A stretch of 64,000 nucleotides of DNA from contig JBMNCQ010000004.1 in assembly GCA_049366715.1 (NCBI GenBank), positions 100,470 to 164,469 of the forward strand, given 5' to 3'. Position 1 is the stretch's first letter, and the number at the start of each line of letters is the position of its first letter. The stretch is from Peptococcaceae bacterium (GTDB taxonomy: Bacteria > Bacillota > Peptococcia > Peptococcales > BICA1-8). This document shows positions 39,358-49,328 of this stretch, one piece after another. The translations under genes were made by a program, and so were the position numbers. The notes below the pieces were generated by a model. That model was not told the origin of the DNA and ran no database searches. It was given only the letters and a program-made list of their open reading frames with translations.

Positions 39358-41409
39358 TCAAACATCTTCCGAAAAAATCTGATAAATTGGTGCACCTTCG
39401 CATTGGGCAGGATAACGTAAGCCCAGCAATGCCGCTACCGAGGGCGCCACATCCACTTGCCGGATAATCCGCTTTGTGGTAAATCCGGGCTTAATGCCGG
39501 GACCCGCCGCTACAAAAATCGGTGAAACGGAAGTCTCATAATATCCCTCTGAGGTGGAAATACTGTCACCATGCAATCTGTTGTATCCTTCTTCAACAGA
39601 GAAAAAGATGTCACCACATTCCGGTCCATGGGCACCGATTAACACAGCATCTTTATTCCTGAGGCAGATACCGACAACACGTTTACCTGTCCGGTGGTCC
39701 CGGTAATTATATAAATCACTGATTATTTGTTCCTCCAGTTCATATTTATCTTTAGGGTCCACAATACCATATTTATCACGGCCTTTAAGATTGATATAGA
39801 TATAGTTGCTGCGGATCTGCACAGCCCTGGTCCTTTCCCAATCTACTTCCCGCAGGGAATTGCCGTCTTCATCTTTTTTCAAGACCGTATAGCCCAGCTC
39901 TTCCATAACTTTTGTATTGAGGCCGCCATACTCCCCTAAAATAGGCGGAACATTTTCCCCGACGATCAGGCCGTGATCACTTACCAGTAAAATCGTCCAG
40001 CCTTCAGCCAACAAGGGCATGAATTCGCCCAGATAATCATCGGTCTGCCGGTAGAACTTTTCAATAAACCCTTGATAGGTTTTTTCCTCGGTATGATCCC
40101 ATTCAGGCAGCGTCTTAGCAAGATGCCACAACTGATGACCGGCACAATCAATATTGTGAAGATGGGAGAATACGACTTCATAACCCTTCTCTCTAATACA
40201 GTAATTCATGCAATCCGCCTGCCATTTATTGTATTGAACCCAGGAAGGTTCAAATATTTCCCGGACCAGCTCGTCATCTTCCCCGCCGATTAAGCTAACA
40301 GGCGGAACATGACCGATATTTTCCACAATTTCCTGATAGAGTGACTTAGGATGCCATAATTGATCATTAGAAATATCCAAAGCATTACTAATCCACAGCC
40401 TGACTTTTTCCCCGGCCGGATCAAGCTCTAAAATCTTCATAGAACGGCAGGCCGGCTTAGTGACTTCTTTTTTGGTAACATCATCAATAATTCCCGGCAC
40501 CATTTCACCCTTTTTTAAAGTAACAATAGGAGTTTCGGCTTTCTTATTTTTATAAATAGCCACCCGGTCGTATTCGCCGGCTGCATTTTTAAGAATTAAA
40601 GCCGGACGTCTCATTACACCGCCGGAAGTCAGCACGGTGAATTCTTTGGCTCCTTCCGGGGCATGGGCCCAACCTGCGGCATCTTTGAGGGGAGAGTTAA
40701 CGATATCATAGGCTACCTTACTGCCGATAACAACTTCCGTATCTTCATCATCCATAACATAGGTACGGACCTCACCGCCTTGACGGGCTGTATCACCCCA
40801 CCACAACTCCATCATTTCATCATCAATATCATCGTCTAAAGTATCTTCCAAATCAGTAATGATACAACCCACACCTGCCGGTTTATCCACCCTGGGTGCA
40901 TAACGCACTTCTTTAATCTCAGGTGCGGCCACGATCACTTTTTCCCAGTCAAGCTGGGCCACGCCCATATTGACCGAACCTGGCTGCGTACCATCCACAA
41001 CACTTAGATTTTCACTCTGGGAAGACGGGGGCCAGGAGCTCCCGGGCCAATGCCAGACCAGAGTTTTCATACCGGCTTCCGAGGTAATATTCCAAATTTG
41101 TTCTGCGGTGCAATTACGGGAGTCCATATTATAAACAACCGCATCCAGGCTCTCCGGAGATTGGCGCCAATAGCAGGTGATGCCATGGGTTCCCGGATAG
41201 GCACCGGTAGCAAGTGTCGTCCAGCAAGGAGGTGTGATCGTGGGGATTGCTCCCAGAAGGATTAAATCTTCTCGGGCCGCTCCCCGGTCAATTAATTTTT
41301 GCAGATTAGGCATTTTCCCTTCAGCCAGGTATTTCCGGCTGATTCTTGGATCCATCCCGTCGACCCCAACTACCAATAGTTTATTCGTAAGTCCTTTTCT
41401 CTTCATCAT
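39358..41409 (-). CDS. Alkaline-phosphatase-superfamily enzyme, NPP/type-I phosphodiesterase type, cytoplasmic (683 aa)
   Basis: Core motifs VVGVDGMDPR, Thr-nucleophile block IPTITPPCWTTLATGAYPGTHGI, HNIDCAGHQ and LLVSDHGL. No signal peptide and no sulfatase CxPxR motif. Confidence 0.75.
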   Translation of the reverse strand: MMKRKGLTNKLLVVGVDGMDPRISRKYLAEGKMPNLQKLIDRGAAREDLILLGAIPTITPPCWTTLATGAYPGTHGITCYWRQSPESLDAVVYNMDSRNCTAEQIWNITSEAGMKTLVWHWPGSSWPPSSQSENLSVVDGTQPGSVNMGVAQLDWEKVIVAAPEIKEVRYAPRVDKPAGVGCIITDLEDTLDDDIDDEMMELWWGDTARQGGEVRTYVMDDEDTEVVIGSKVAYDIVNSPLKDAAGWAHAPEGAKEFTVLTSGGVMRRPALILKNAAGEYDRVAIYKNKKAETPIVTLKKGEMVPGIIDDVTKKEVTKPACRSMKILELDPAGEKVRLWISNALDISNDQLWHPKSLYQEIVENIGHVPPVSLIGGEDDELVREIFEPSWVQYNKWQADCMNYCIREKGYEVVFSHLHNIDCAGHQLWHLAKTLPEWDHTEEKTYQGFIEKFYRQTDDYLGEFMPLLAEGWTILLVSDHGLIVGENVPPILGEYGGLNTKVMEELGYTVLKKDEDGNSLREVDWERTRAVQIRSNYIYINLKGRDKYGIVDPKDKYELEEQIISDLYNYRDHRTGKRVVGICLRNKDAVLIGAHGPECGDIFFSVEEGYNRLHGDSISTSEGYYETSVSPIFVAAGPGIKPGFTTKRIIRQVDVAPSVAALLGLRYPAQCEGAPIYQIFSEDV

Positions 41410-41620
41410 GCTTATCTCCCCTCTTATTACCTATTCAGGCTTAATATGCAAATAAGAATCATTAGTTCTATTTATAGGTTAATATCTGGGCAGGGTAATG
41501 TAAAATATTGAACATATATACCCCCTATAATCAAAATAAATCTGCATTAAATACACTTCCGCCTTAACTATTGGTATGAGCCGTTCAGCGCCGCCGGCTC
41601 CCATTTAAACTAAGAAATGG

Positions 41621-41647
41621 CTATACCTGATATAGCAATAAAATATA
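41621..41647. promoter_or_regulatory. Shared upstream motif site 2: CTATACCTGATATAGCAATAAAATATA
   Basis: 212-238 bp upstream of the NPP-type gene start. Matches 23494-23520 at 24 of 27 positions. Confidence 0.5.
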
Positions 41648-41880
41648 ACCTCTTTTCTAATAACAGAAACTGCCTTTCCTATGCACTGAGAATATTTCTG
41701 CCGCTCCCCCGGGCAATATTTTTCCTTATATTTCCAAAAATGGCCGCATAAAAAAACCTCTCTAAAAAGCGGTTGGCCCATTGATCACTTTATTTTTAAC
41801 TGCTCCGTTCTAAACAGCCCTTAAGCAAAGGAATTGTCATAACGGACAATAAATGGCTGAGGAGAGCACATTTAACTGCA

Positions 41881-41922
41881 AAAATAAAACTAAGGCCGCA
41901 CTCCTTCTTGGTGCGGCCTTAG
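41881..41922 (-). terminator. Rho-independent terminator of the molybdoenzyme operon
   Basis: CTAAGGCCGCAC-N9-GTGCGGCCTTAG, a perfect 12-bp stem followed on the - strand by TTTTATTTT. Lies 25 bp past the stop at 41947. Confidence 0.85.
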
Positions 41923-41946
41923 TTTAACTACTAGGGGAATCTCTGC

Positions 41947-42459
41947 TTATTTTTCTCCTGCTGTTTTGTAGGCGGCATTAATCATATTCCCCGCAAATTT
42001 AAATTCCTTATTCTCCAAAACTTTATTAAGAGGCGCAAACTTTAAAGCCTCCACCGGGCACACCCTTACGCAGGCAGGCTGCAAACCCGCTTCTACCCTT
42101 TCCGTACAGAGACTGCATTTGTACATTTTATCCTCCAGGTCATAACGGGGAACCCCGAAAGGGCAGGCCAAGGCGCAGCTATGACACCCTATGCAGAGCT
42201 CTTTATTGACCAGTACGGCTTTGGTCTTAAGATTTTTTGTTATGGCTCCGGTGGGACAGCCCATAATGCAGGGACTGTCTTCACAGTGCAGACAGGAAGC
42301 CGAGATATAATGAATACTGCCTCCCTCTTCCACCTGATAGATTCTGCGGTTAGCGGGCTGTCCTTTTTCCGGATCAATATCATTCTGATCCATACAGGCC
42401 ACGGCACAAGCCCCGCAGCCGGAGCATATATTCAAATCCAGATAAATCGCCATTTCCAT
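41947..42459 (-). CDS. 4x[4Fe-4S] ferredoxin-type electron-transfer subunit (DmsB-like)
   Basis: Four Cys clusters (CSGCGACAVAC, CLHCEDSPCIMGCP, CIGCHSCALACP, CSLC..CVRVCP). Confidence 0.85.
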   Translation of the reverse strand: MEMAIYLDLNICSGCGACAVACMDQNDIDPEKGQPANRRIYQVEEGGSIHYISASCLHCEDSPCIMGCPTGAITKNLKTKAVLVNKELCIGCHSCALACPFGVPRYDLEDKMYKCSLCTERVEAGLQPACVRVCPVEALKFAPLNKVLENKEFKFAGNMINAAYKTAGEK

Positions 42460-44624
42460 TAGTTGCTGCCCCCTTCCTCAATTTTCTCCACCTTGCAAAG
42501 AACAGATTTAAATCCCGGAAATCCGGAAAGGGGATCGAGATAATCTCCTGCAAAGAGCAGGTTGACATCTGCCGCCGGATGACCATGGTACATATGGATA
42601 ACCCCCGGCTGGACCATCTGGGTCAGATTTGCTTTCACGATAATGGAATTCCGGGGTGTCGCCAAACGCACGGCTTCATCCTGCTTAATGCCCAGGCGCA
42701 AGGCATCATCAGGATTAAGGTCCGCCGCAGGGTTATTGGGACGCAAGCTGTTTGTCCAGGAAAGACGGAAAGTCCGGGAGTGAATGAACATGGGCAGTCT
42801 TGAACCCGTATTGAGAATATAAGGGTATTCCTGAGCCATTTCCGGGGTCCTTTCTCTACTGTATTTGGGCGGGATATAGGCAGGCAGGGCTTCAAACCCG
42901 GGGCGGCCTTCATATTTCTCCAAGATCTTGGATTTAAATTCAAACTTACCCGACGGTGTTTTAAACCCGCTGTCTACATACTTTCTCTCAGGTATCTGCA
43001 AAGGATTCGGCACAAACATTCCGCCCGGATGCTTTTTCAGTTCTTCCACCTTCATCCCACTAGGTTCCAGAATCCAGTCAATACTTGCTTCATAACCGGC
43101 CTGGAAAAGAGGGTCCTCAAGCCCCAGTTTTTCCGCTAGCCCATAAATAATGTCCGTGTCGGAGCGGGAATCATAAAGAGGCTCAATAGCAGGAGTCGTA
43201 AAAATAAGGTAGCCCATCCCCCAGCAGCGCATTTCACTCCGCTCCACCGAGGAACAAGCCGGCAGAACGATATCGGCATACCGGCAGGTATCGGTCATAA
43301 AAATATCTACATTAACAAAGAACTCAAGTTTTTGGAGACTCTCCAGCATGCCCTGGGAATCAGGCCACATCCGGTAATTGAGACCAAATCCGATCAGCCC
43401 TTTAACCGGATAAGGTTTTCCCGATTTGATCTGATACGGCAGTTCCATAGCCTGAGCCTCTTCATCAATGACTTCTGTCCAAACCGGGAATTTAGCGGCC
43501 CCGATTCTGGGTGCCATCTCATTCCACGGTTTAGGCTGAATAAATTCATGTTCCCGGGACAAAAAACGTCCCGGCTGGTGGATAAAACTCTGCGGCGCGA
43601 CAAAATTTCCGCCTTTCACATCATAGTTACCGGTTAGACCTACCAGAGAAAATATCGCCCGGTAATTTTGCACCCCATTGGTGTGATGTACCACAGGAGA
43701 TGCACTGGGCAGGATGGCTCCCGGCTTAACAGTTCCATACATCCGGGCTGCAGCCCGGATCTTTTCGGCAGGTACTCCTGTCAGTTCTTCCCCTTTCTCC
43801 GGCGGAAAGTTTTTGACATACTCCTGATACTCCTTAAACCCATAACAATAATTCGCTGTAAATTCCTGATCATACAGCTTTTCCTTAATCAGGACATGAG
43901 CCATGGCCAGAGCCAGGGCCCCGTCGGTACCGGGCCTGACCTGCAGATGGATATCGGCCTGGGCTGTAGTGGGTGTCTTCCGGGGATCCACCACAATGAG
44001 TTTCATTCCCCGCCCTTTACCCTTAAGAATCGCCCGGGCATTGCCGGGATTGGTATAAAAAGGGTTGGCACTCCAGACTAAGAGACAATTGGTATTTTTT
44101 AAATCCGGACCGCCCGCCCGCCCGAAAACAAGCTGCTGGGCCATAGCCGTCGCCCGGGCACAGGTACTGGATTCCGATAAATAATTAGGAGAGCCGAAAG
44201 AATGGGCCAGACGCTTTAAGTAAGGCCGGAACCATTTGCTGTAGCCGGCGAAAAAAGCCACCGATTCCGGACCGGATTCACTTTTAAAAGTATTGAATCT
44301 TTCCGCAATTGTCCCCAAAGCTTCATCCCAGGATATCGGCTCAAACTGGCCCGAACCCCGTTCCCCGCTTCTCTTTAAAGGAGTTTTTAAACGTTCCTCA
44401 TGATACACGTACTGGCGGGTGGCGGCCCCTTTAGAACACAATTTTCCCTGACTATACGGGTGTGCCTCACTGCCCTCAACCTTGATGATCCTGCCGTCTT
44501 TCACAAAGAGATCCAGCCCGCACTGTGTGGTGGGATCACAGATCGCACAAATAGATTTTCTGATTTGAATACCGGTCCGGGGACCGGGAATCTTCCCTTT
44601 TAATAATTGCTCAACATCTTTCAC
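42459..44624 (-). CDS. Molybdopterin (bis-PGD) oxidoreductase catalytic subunit, no Tat signal
   Basis: N-terminal Fe-S motif CAICDPTTQCG..CSKG, 721 aa with Mo-oxidoreductase and C-terminal dinucleotide-binding regions. No RRxFLK leader. Overlaps both neighbours. Confidence 0.85.
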   Translation of the reverse strand: MKDVEQLLKGKIPGPRTGIQIRKSICAICDPTTQCGLDLFVKDGRIIKVEGSEAHPYSQGKLCSKGAATRQYVYHEERLKTPLKRSGERGSGQFEPISWDEALGTIAERFNTFKSESGPESVAFFAGYSKWFRPYLKRLAHSFGSPNYLSESSTCARATAMAQQLVFGRAGGPDLKNTNCLLVWSANPFYTNPGNARAILKGKGRGMKLIVVDPRKTPTTAQADIHLQVRPGTDGALALAMAHVLIKEKLYDQEFTANYCYGFKEYQEYVKNFPPEKGEELTGVPAEKIRAAARMYGTVKPGAILPSASPVVHHTNGVQNYRAIFSLVGLTGNYDVKGGNFVAPQSFIHQPGRFLSREHEFIQPKPWNEMAPRIGAAKFPVWTEVIDEEAQAMELPYQIKSGKPYPVKGLIGFGLNYRMWPDSQGMLESLQKLEFFVNVDIFMTDTCRYADIVLPACSSVERSEMRCWGMGYLIFTTPAIEPLYDSRSDTDIIYGLAEKLGLEDPLFQAGYEASIDWILEPSGMKVEELKKHPGGMFVPNPLQIPERKYVDSGFKTPSGKFEFKSKILEKYEGRPGFEALPAYIPPKYSRERTPEMAQEYPYILNTGSRLPMFIHSRTFRLSWTNSLRPNNPAADLNPDDALRLGIKQDEAVRLATPRNSIIVKANLTQMVQPGVIHMYHGHPAADVNLLFAGDYLDPLSGFPGFKSVLCKVEKIEEGGSN

Positions 44625-45879
44625 CCTTTTCCACCTCCATTAGGATCTTATCGATTAAAATATTTTGCATCACTGGTGCCGAATATCCCGGAGCAGGGGT
44701 ATTCTGCAGCAATGCTTTGATCATTCCGGTCTTTAAAGCACCGGACGAGGTATAATCATCCACGAAATTGGCCCCGGTCAAGCGTTCATCCTGCCAGAAT
44801 AACTGACTGAACCTCTGCCCGTCATACCTTTTTTCGGTTCTGGTATAGTTCCGGACATCACCGATTCCTACAAAATCCATCCCCATAAAATGAGTAATAT
44901 TATGGGGAATATTCCCGGGTAATGCTTCCGCCAACCCGGCCATATTCCGTCCTGCCGTGCGTCCCTGGTAACGGCCATTAGCCCACAGCCCGATGATCTG
45001 CTGTTCCCCCGTAAGAAGATTCGTACCCTGAGCTACGTCGCCCGCCGCATAAACCCCCGGGACATTGGTCCTCATATACTTATCCACCAGCACCCCTTGC
45101 TGACATTGAATCTGGCCGCGGTCAATAAAATTAATGTTGGCCCGCACACCGATACACATGACTAAAAAATCCGCTGCTTCTCCTTCCGGGCTCTCTCCGA
45201 AATAGGCCTTAATCCCCCCCGCTGTTTCTTCAATCTTTTTGATGGCGGCACCGAATTTTAACTTTATTCCCTTTTTCACTAAACGGTCTTCAATCACTTC
45301 GGCACAATCCCGGTGGGCAGCTAAAGGAAAGATGTACTCTGCTAAATCGGCTAAAGTTACTTCCAAACCGGCTTTGTAGAAAGTCTCCACGAGCTTGATG
45401 CCTACCATTGAAGCACCGATTATCAGGGCTTTCTGCGGCCTCTGAGCCAGAACCTCTTTCAGCCGGACAGCATCCTCTACCGTTCTCATGACATAAACCT
45501 TGTTGGAGTCGATTCCCGGAATGGGCGGTAAAAAAGGGGCCGCCCCCGCGGCAATCAAGCATTGGTCAAATTGAAGCTCAAACCCCCCTTGATTTGCGAC
45601 CACCCTTTCCGAAGCATCCAGCTTGATTACAGGTGAATCCGGATGCACATCTGCCCGGTATGTTTGATAAATCTCGTCTCCATTTCCATAAGGAAAAAGG
45701 CCCGGAAAGTCAATTTTTCCCGCTACATAATAGGTTGTTAACATGGGATTGGCTACCGGCCATTGATTATCTGTGAAAATATGAATTTCCCCGGTATAGC
45801 CGCTTTCCCGCAGCGCTTTAAGGCACTCGGCACCGGCACAGCCATTACCGATTATGGCAATTTTTTTTCCAGCCTCCAA
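44611..45879 (-). CDS. FAD/NAD(P)H pyridine-nucleotide-disulfide-oxidoreductase-fold reductase, no redox Cys
   Basis: IAIIGNGCAGAE and IIGASMVGIKLVE Rossmann motifs. ANPMLT replaces the CoADR/Nox Cys motif. 14-nt overlap with the Mo subunit gene. Confidence 0.8.
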   Translation of the reverse strand: MEAGKKIAIIGNGCAGAECLKALRESGYTGEIHIFTDNQWPVANPMLTTYYVAGKIDFPGLFPYGNGDEIYQTYRADVHPDSPVIKLDASERVVANQGGFELQFDQCLIAAGAAPFLPPIPGIDSNKVYVMRTVEDAVRLKEVLAQRPQKALIIGASMVGIKLVETFYKAGLEVTLADLAEYIFPLAAHRDCAEVIEDRLVKKGIKLKFGAAIKKIEETAGGIKAYFGESPEGEAADFLVMCIGVRANINFIDRGQIQCQQGVLVDKYMRTNVPGVYAAGDVAQGTNLLTGEQQIIGLWANGRYQGRTAGRNMAGLAEALPGNIPHNITHFMGMDFVGIGDVRNYTRTEKRYDGQRFSQLFWQDERLTGANFVDDYTSSGALKTGMIKALLQNTPAPGYSAPVMQNILIDKILMEVEKGERC

Positions 45880-45900
45880 AATACTTCACCTCATTTTCCG

Positions 45901-45919
45901 CAACTTGTCTGACAGGTTG
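45901..45919. promoter_or_regulatory. Putative FadR-type GntR operator CAACTTGTC-T-GACAGGTTG
   Basis: 9-1-9 palindrome with 8 of 9 positions matched and a tGTC-n-GACa core. Lies in the divergent region 22-40 bp upstream of the reductase start. Confidence 0.5.
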
Positions 45920-46099
45920 TGTTTTCATTATAGCATTTTTTTCATAATCTTACACTTATTATTACAAAAACCCCCTGAGGAATTTCCTGGAGGCAGGTCT
46001 ATTTTCATCCGGGGATTCAGCAGCTTATTGCCCCCTGGGCGCTATTCTTTTATAATTATCTTAATGAGAAATTGATCTTACGATTAAAGGAGCAGGAAA

Positions 46100-46825
46100 A
46101 TGTTTGCGAAAAACGGCGGGGAAAAATTATATGAAAAGGTTATCGGACATGTACAAAACCTGATCAGCACCAACGAGCTTAAAGACGGGGATATGCTCCC
46201 TTCCGAGGGGAAATTGTCAAAAACCCTGGAAGTAAGCAGGTCGACAGTCAGAGAAGGGTTAAGAATCTTAGAATTAATGGGGCTGGTGGAAACCTTGCGG
46301 GGCAAAGGTACTTTTGTGAGAATAAATGACGGCGAATCCTTTAAAAATAAACTGCATGAAAGTTTTCAGAGTATTAGCAGTCCTAATTCCTATTATGTTT
46401 ATGAGATTGACAAATTACTGGAACCCAACATTGCCAAGCTTGCCGCCCAAAGGGCTGGCGCTGAAGATATCACCGCATTAAAACAGGCTCTGGAGCAAAT
46501 GGAAAAATCCATTAAGGAAGGCGGGTCCGGGGAAGAAGAATCCCTTTATTTTCATAAATGCCTGATTAATATTCTGAAGAATCCCTTTCTTAATTCTGTC
46601 TTCGATTTAACAAAAGAGATTCACCAGCGAAACCGCGGGGTTATCCTTAACTTGCCTTACCGGGCCCGGGAAGTTCTTCAGGAACACACCAAAATATATG
46701 AAGCGGTTAAAGCCGGTGACGGGAATAAAGCCGGACGTTATATGCAGAAACATCTGGAAAAGGTGGGCCGGACACATAACGTAATTTATAACCTGATCAA
46801 AGAGAGCCCTGCAAAAGATACCTAA
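46100..46825 (+). CDS. GntR-family regulator, FadR subfamily (wHTH + FCD)
   Basis: LPSEGKLSKTLEVSRSTVREGLRILELMGLVETLRGKGTFV plus an all-helical FCD-like C-terminus. Divergent from the Mo operon. Confidence 0.9.
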   Translation: MFAKNGGEKLYEKVIGHVQNLISTNELKDGDMLPSEGKLSKTLEVSRSTVREGLRILELMGLVETLRGKGTFVRINDGESFKNKLHESFQSISSPNSYYVYEIDKLLEPNIAKLAAQRAGAEDITALKQALEQMEKSIKEGGSGEEESLYFHKCLINILKNPFLNSVFDLTKEIHQRNRGVILNLPYRAREVLQEHTKIYEAVKAGDGNKAGRYMQKHLEKVGRTHNVIYNLIKESPAKDT

Positions 46826-47263
46826 GACACCGCTGTTTATACAACACAGAGCCGGCTAATACCCAATGGGAATTATGCTGACTACCGGCAGCAAATACAG
46901 CCAATTGCTGATCAAATGGAAACTAAGTTTCTGCTGTAAAGATTTTTATCACGATAATAGGTACATCTTATATTTTCTGCCTCAGCCGCTGCCCTGTCCA
47001 TTATTTCCCGGCCTGCGGACCGGCCGGTTTAATATATTTTTCTCTTTCAGCAAAATAGTAAGTTTATCCAGCCTAATATGGGTCACAAAGCATGTCTCAC
47101 GCCATTTTCAGCTGTTCTCTGTCCATCTTGTTATTCTTCCGCGCTCAACCAGAACTACCACGGCGCTTTCTTTTTCATAATATTCAATATATACTATTTT
47201 AAAGAGGAATAATAAGAGTATTACAGAGAAATACTATTTAATCACTTTTAGTGAGGTGCTCTT

Positions 47264-48082
47264 ATGATTTTTGATTATACAATAAATTTTAACCTTGACA
47301 CCGACTGGTTAATGCAAAAACACGATTTCCACGAAAACTACGAGGTACTTTTCTCTTTATCCAATGCAGGCAAGTGTTTTGTAGGCAGCAACACCTACCC
47401 TTTAGAGCGGGGAACGATCATGATCATCAAAGATGCTGTCCTGCACAGAACAATCGCGAATGAGTGTACCGATTACCAAAGATACGTTTTGTACATCTCA
47501 AAGGAAACTCTAAAATCCATATCAACACCACAAACAGACTTACTATCCCGGTTTAGTACGTTGAATCAATGTAGTAAGATCCAAGAAATGGACATTCCTA
47601 AAGTGATCCGACTATTCAAATCATGCTACACTCCCCAAAATGCAGGCTTCGGGGATGATCTCAGAAAAGGCATCGCTTTTATTGAGCTGCTGCTCACGAT
47701 CTCTGAATTGATCGACGATCAAAATCCTTCCGAGGCTTTAATGAATTTTGATTTCATAAAAGTATCACCGATTATCGAATACATCCAGAATAACCTGGCT
47801 GAAGAGCTATCCTTGGACTCTTTGGCAAAAAATTTTTTCATGAGCAAATATTATATGTGCCATATTTTCAAATCTTCCACCGGGTTCTCCGTAGGTGAAT
47901 TCATTATATCCAACCGGGTATTGCTGGCCCGGTCCCTGCTGAGAGAAGGATGCAGTGTTCAGGAAGCCGGTGAAAAATCAGGATTCAAAAACAACTCGCA
48001 CTTTATCCATACTTTTGGCAAATTGTCGGGAAAATCTCCCGGACTCTACAGAAAGGAATATCTTATGAGCAGCAAAAAATAA
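47264..48082 (+). CDS. AraC-family transcriptional regulator (cupin + HTH)
   Basis: C-terminal double HTH LSLDSLAKNFFMSKYYMCHIFK..VQEAGEKSGFKNNSHFIHTFGK. Confidence 0.9.
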   Translation: MIFDYTINFNLDTDWLMQKHDFHENYEVLFSLSNAGKCFVGSNTYPLERGTIMIIKDAVLHRTIANECTDYQRYVLYISKETLKSISTPQTDLLSRFSTLNQCSKIQEMDIPKVIRLFKSCYTPQNAGFGDDLRKGIAFIELLLTISELIDDQNPSEALMNFDFIKVSPIIEYIQNNLAEELSLDSLAKNFFMSKYYMCHIFKSSTGFSVGEFIISNRVLLARSLLREGCSVQEAGEKSGFKNNSHFIHTFGKLSGKSPGLYRKEYLMSSKK

Positions 48083-48085
48083 TAA

Positions 48086-48139
48086 AAGACTAAGCAGTTA
48101 AGCTCTCATTTCAAAGGCCTGTACCGCTTAGTCTTTTTT
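48086..48139 (+). terminator. Probable terminator after the AraC gene
   Basis: AAGACTAAGC-N30-GCTTAGTCTT followed by TTTT. The loop is long. Confidence 0.5.
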
Positions 48140-48374
48140 AATAACGATCTAAGGTCGCATCACTGCTCAATAAATTCCTTTTGCCATAATAATGCAAATT
48201 TTTTTTGATAATTCTAGTATTTTTTGAAATTTTCTGCACTATCCGGGCCTTTTCCCGCTACCTTACCTGCTCTAACAGGTCCCTTCTAACCCTAATCCTA
48301 TACTTTGCAGGATTTGAGCGGCAGCCTTGTTTATGGTAACCGGCCTCCCGCTTCAAGCAATGCGTTTGAGAGAA

Positions 48375-49328
48375 TCATTTTTCTTGCAACTGGTAAGTAT
48401 CGACAATTTTACCGACAACGATCACACCGATGGCATCATAAGCATCATGACTGGCACCACCGATGTGGGAACTTACAGTGAAGTTGTCAAATTCAAATAA
48501 CGGAGAAGTAATGACAACATCTTCACTGGATAATCCCCCGGTACCTAATTCCGTAGCCAGTACGTCTACAGATACGCCGCCCAGCTTGCCTGATTTCAGA
48601 TTATCGTAGGCAGCCTCTTCATTTAACACTCCGCCCCGTCCCGTATTTATAATAAACGCCCCTTCTTTTAATTCAGCGATTTGCTCATAAGAAATCATGT
48701 TATGTGTTTCTTCAGTAAGGGGTGTATGGAGAGTTATACAATCGGAACGATTCAGCAATTCTTTTAAAGAAACCAGCTCCGTACCTTTGGCAGCAACCTC
48801 TTCTTTATCAAGATAAGGATCATAGGCAATCGTCGTCATATCAAGAGCTTGGGCAATCTCTCCTACCCGGCTTCCGATTTTACCGTATCCGATGATCCCT
48901 AGTGTCTTCCCTTTTAATTCCATTCCAATCCATCTATACTTATTCCAAATGTTTTTACCTTTAATTTCTGTGTTGGATTGCATAGTATTACGGAAAAGAT
49001 CCAAAATTTTAGAAAGAGTCAGTTCTGCAACCGCATTACTGTTTGCGCCGGGAGCATTGGTTACAAGAATTCCTTTCTCGCGGCAATATGTTAAGTCGAT
49101 ATGATTTGTCCCTACAGAGCAAACATGAATGGATTTAAGATTTGTTGCCGCATCAATAATTTCTTTGTCAATAAAAGGATCTACCCGCATAATTAATAAA
49201 TCATAATTACCGATAAAATTTATTAATTCCTGCTTTGTGGGCAGGACTTTATAGTCAACTTCAACACCATACTTTACGAGGGATTCTCCAATAATTTTTG
49301 AAACATGATCGATAATCACTGCTTTCAT
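48375..49328 (-). CDS. D-isomer-specific 2-hydroxyacid dehydrogenase (PGDH-like)
   Basis: NAD motif GIIGYGKIGSRVG and catalytic-region motif SSHIGGAS. Confidence 0.85.
   Translation of the reverse strand: MKAVIIDHVSKIIGESLVKYGVEVDYKVLPTKQELINFIGNYDLLIMRVDPFIDKEIIDAATNLKSIHVCSVGTNHIDLTYCREKGILVTNAPGANSNAVAELTLSKILDLFRNTMQSNTEIKGKNIWNKYRWIGMELKGKTLGIIGYGKIGSRVGEIAQALDMTTIAYDPYLDKEEVAAKGTELVSLKELLNRSDCITLHTPLTEETHNMISYEQIAELKEGAFIINTGRGGVLNEEAAYDNLKSGKLGGVSVDVLATELGTGGLSSEDVVITSPLFEFDNFTVSSHIGGASHDAYDAIGVIVVGKIVDTYQLQEK

Noticed and set aside
46866-47180. 104-aa + strand ORF in the gap between the GntR and AraC genes.
   Set aside because: It has no RBS, a Cys/Phe/Leu-rich low-complexity sequence and no recognisable family. 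The region may hold gene debris, but I cannot support a CDS.
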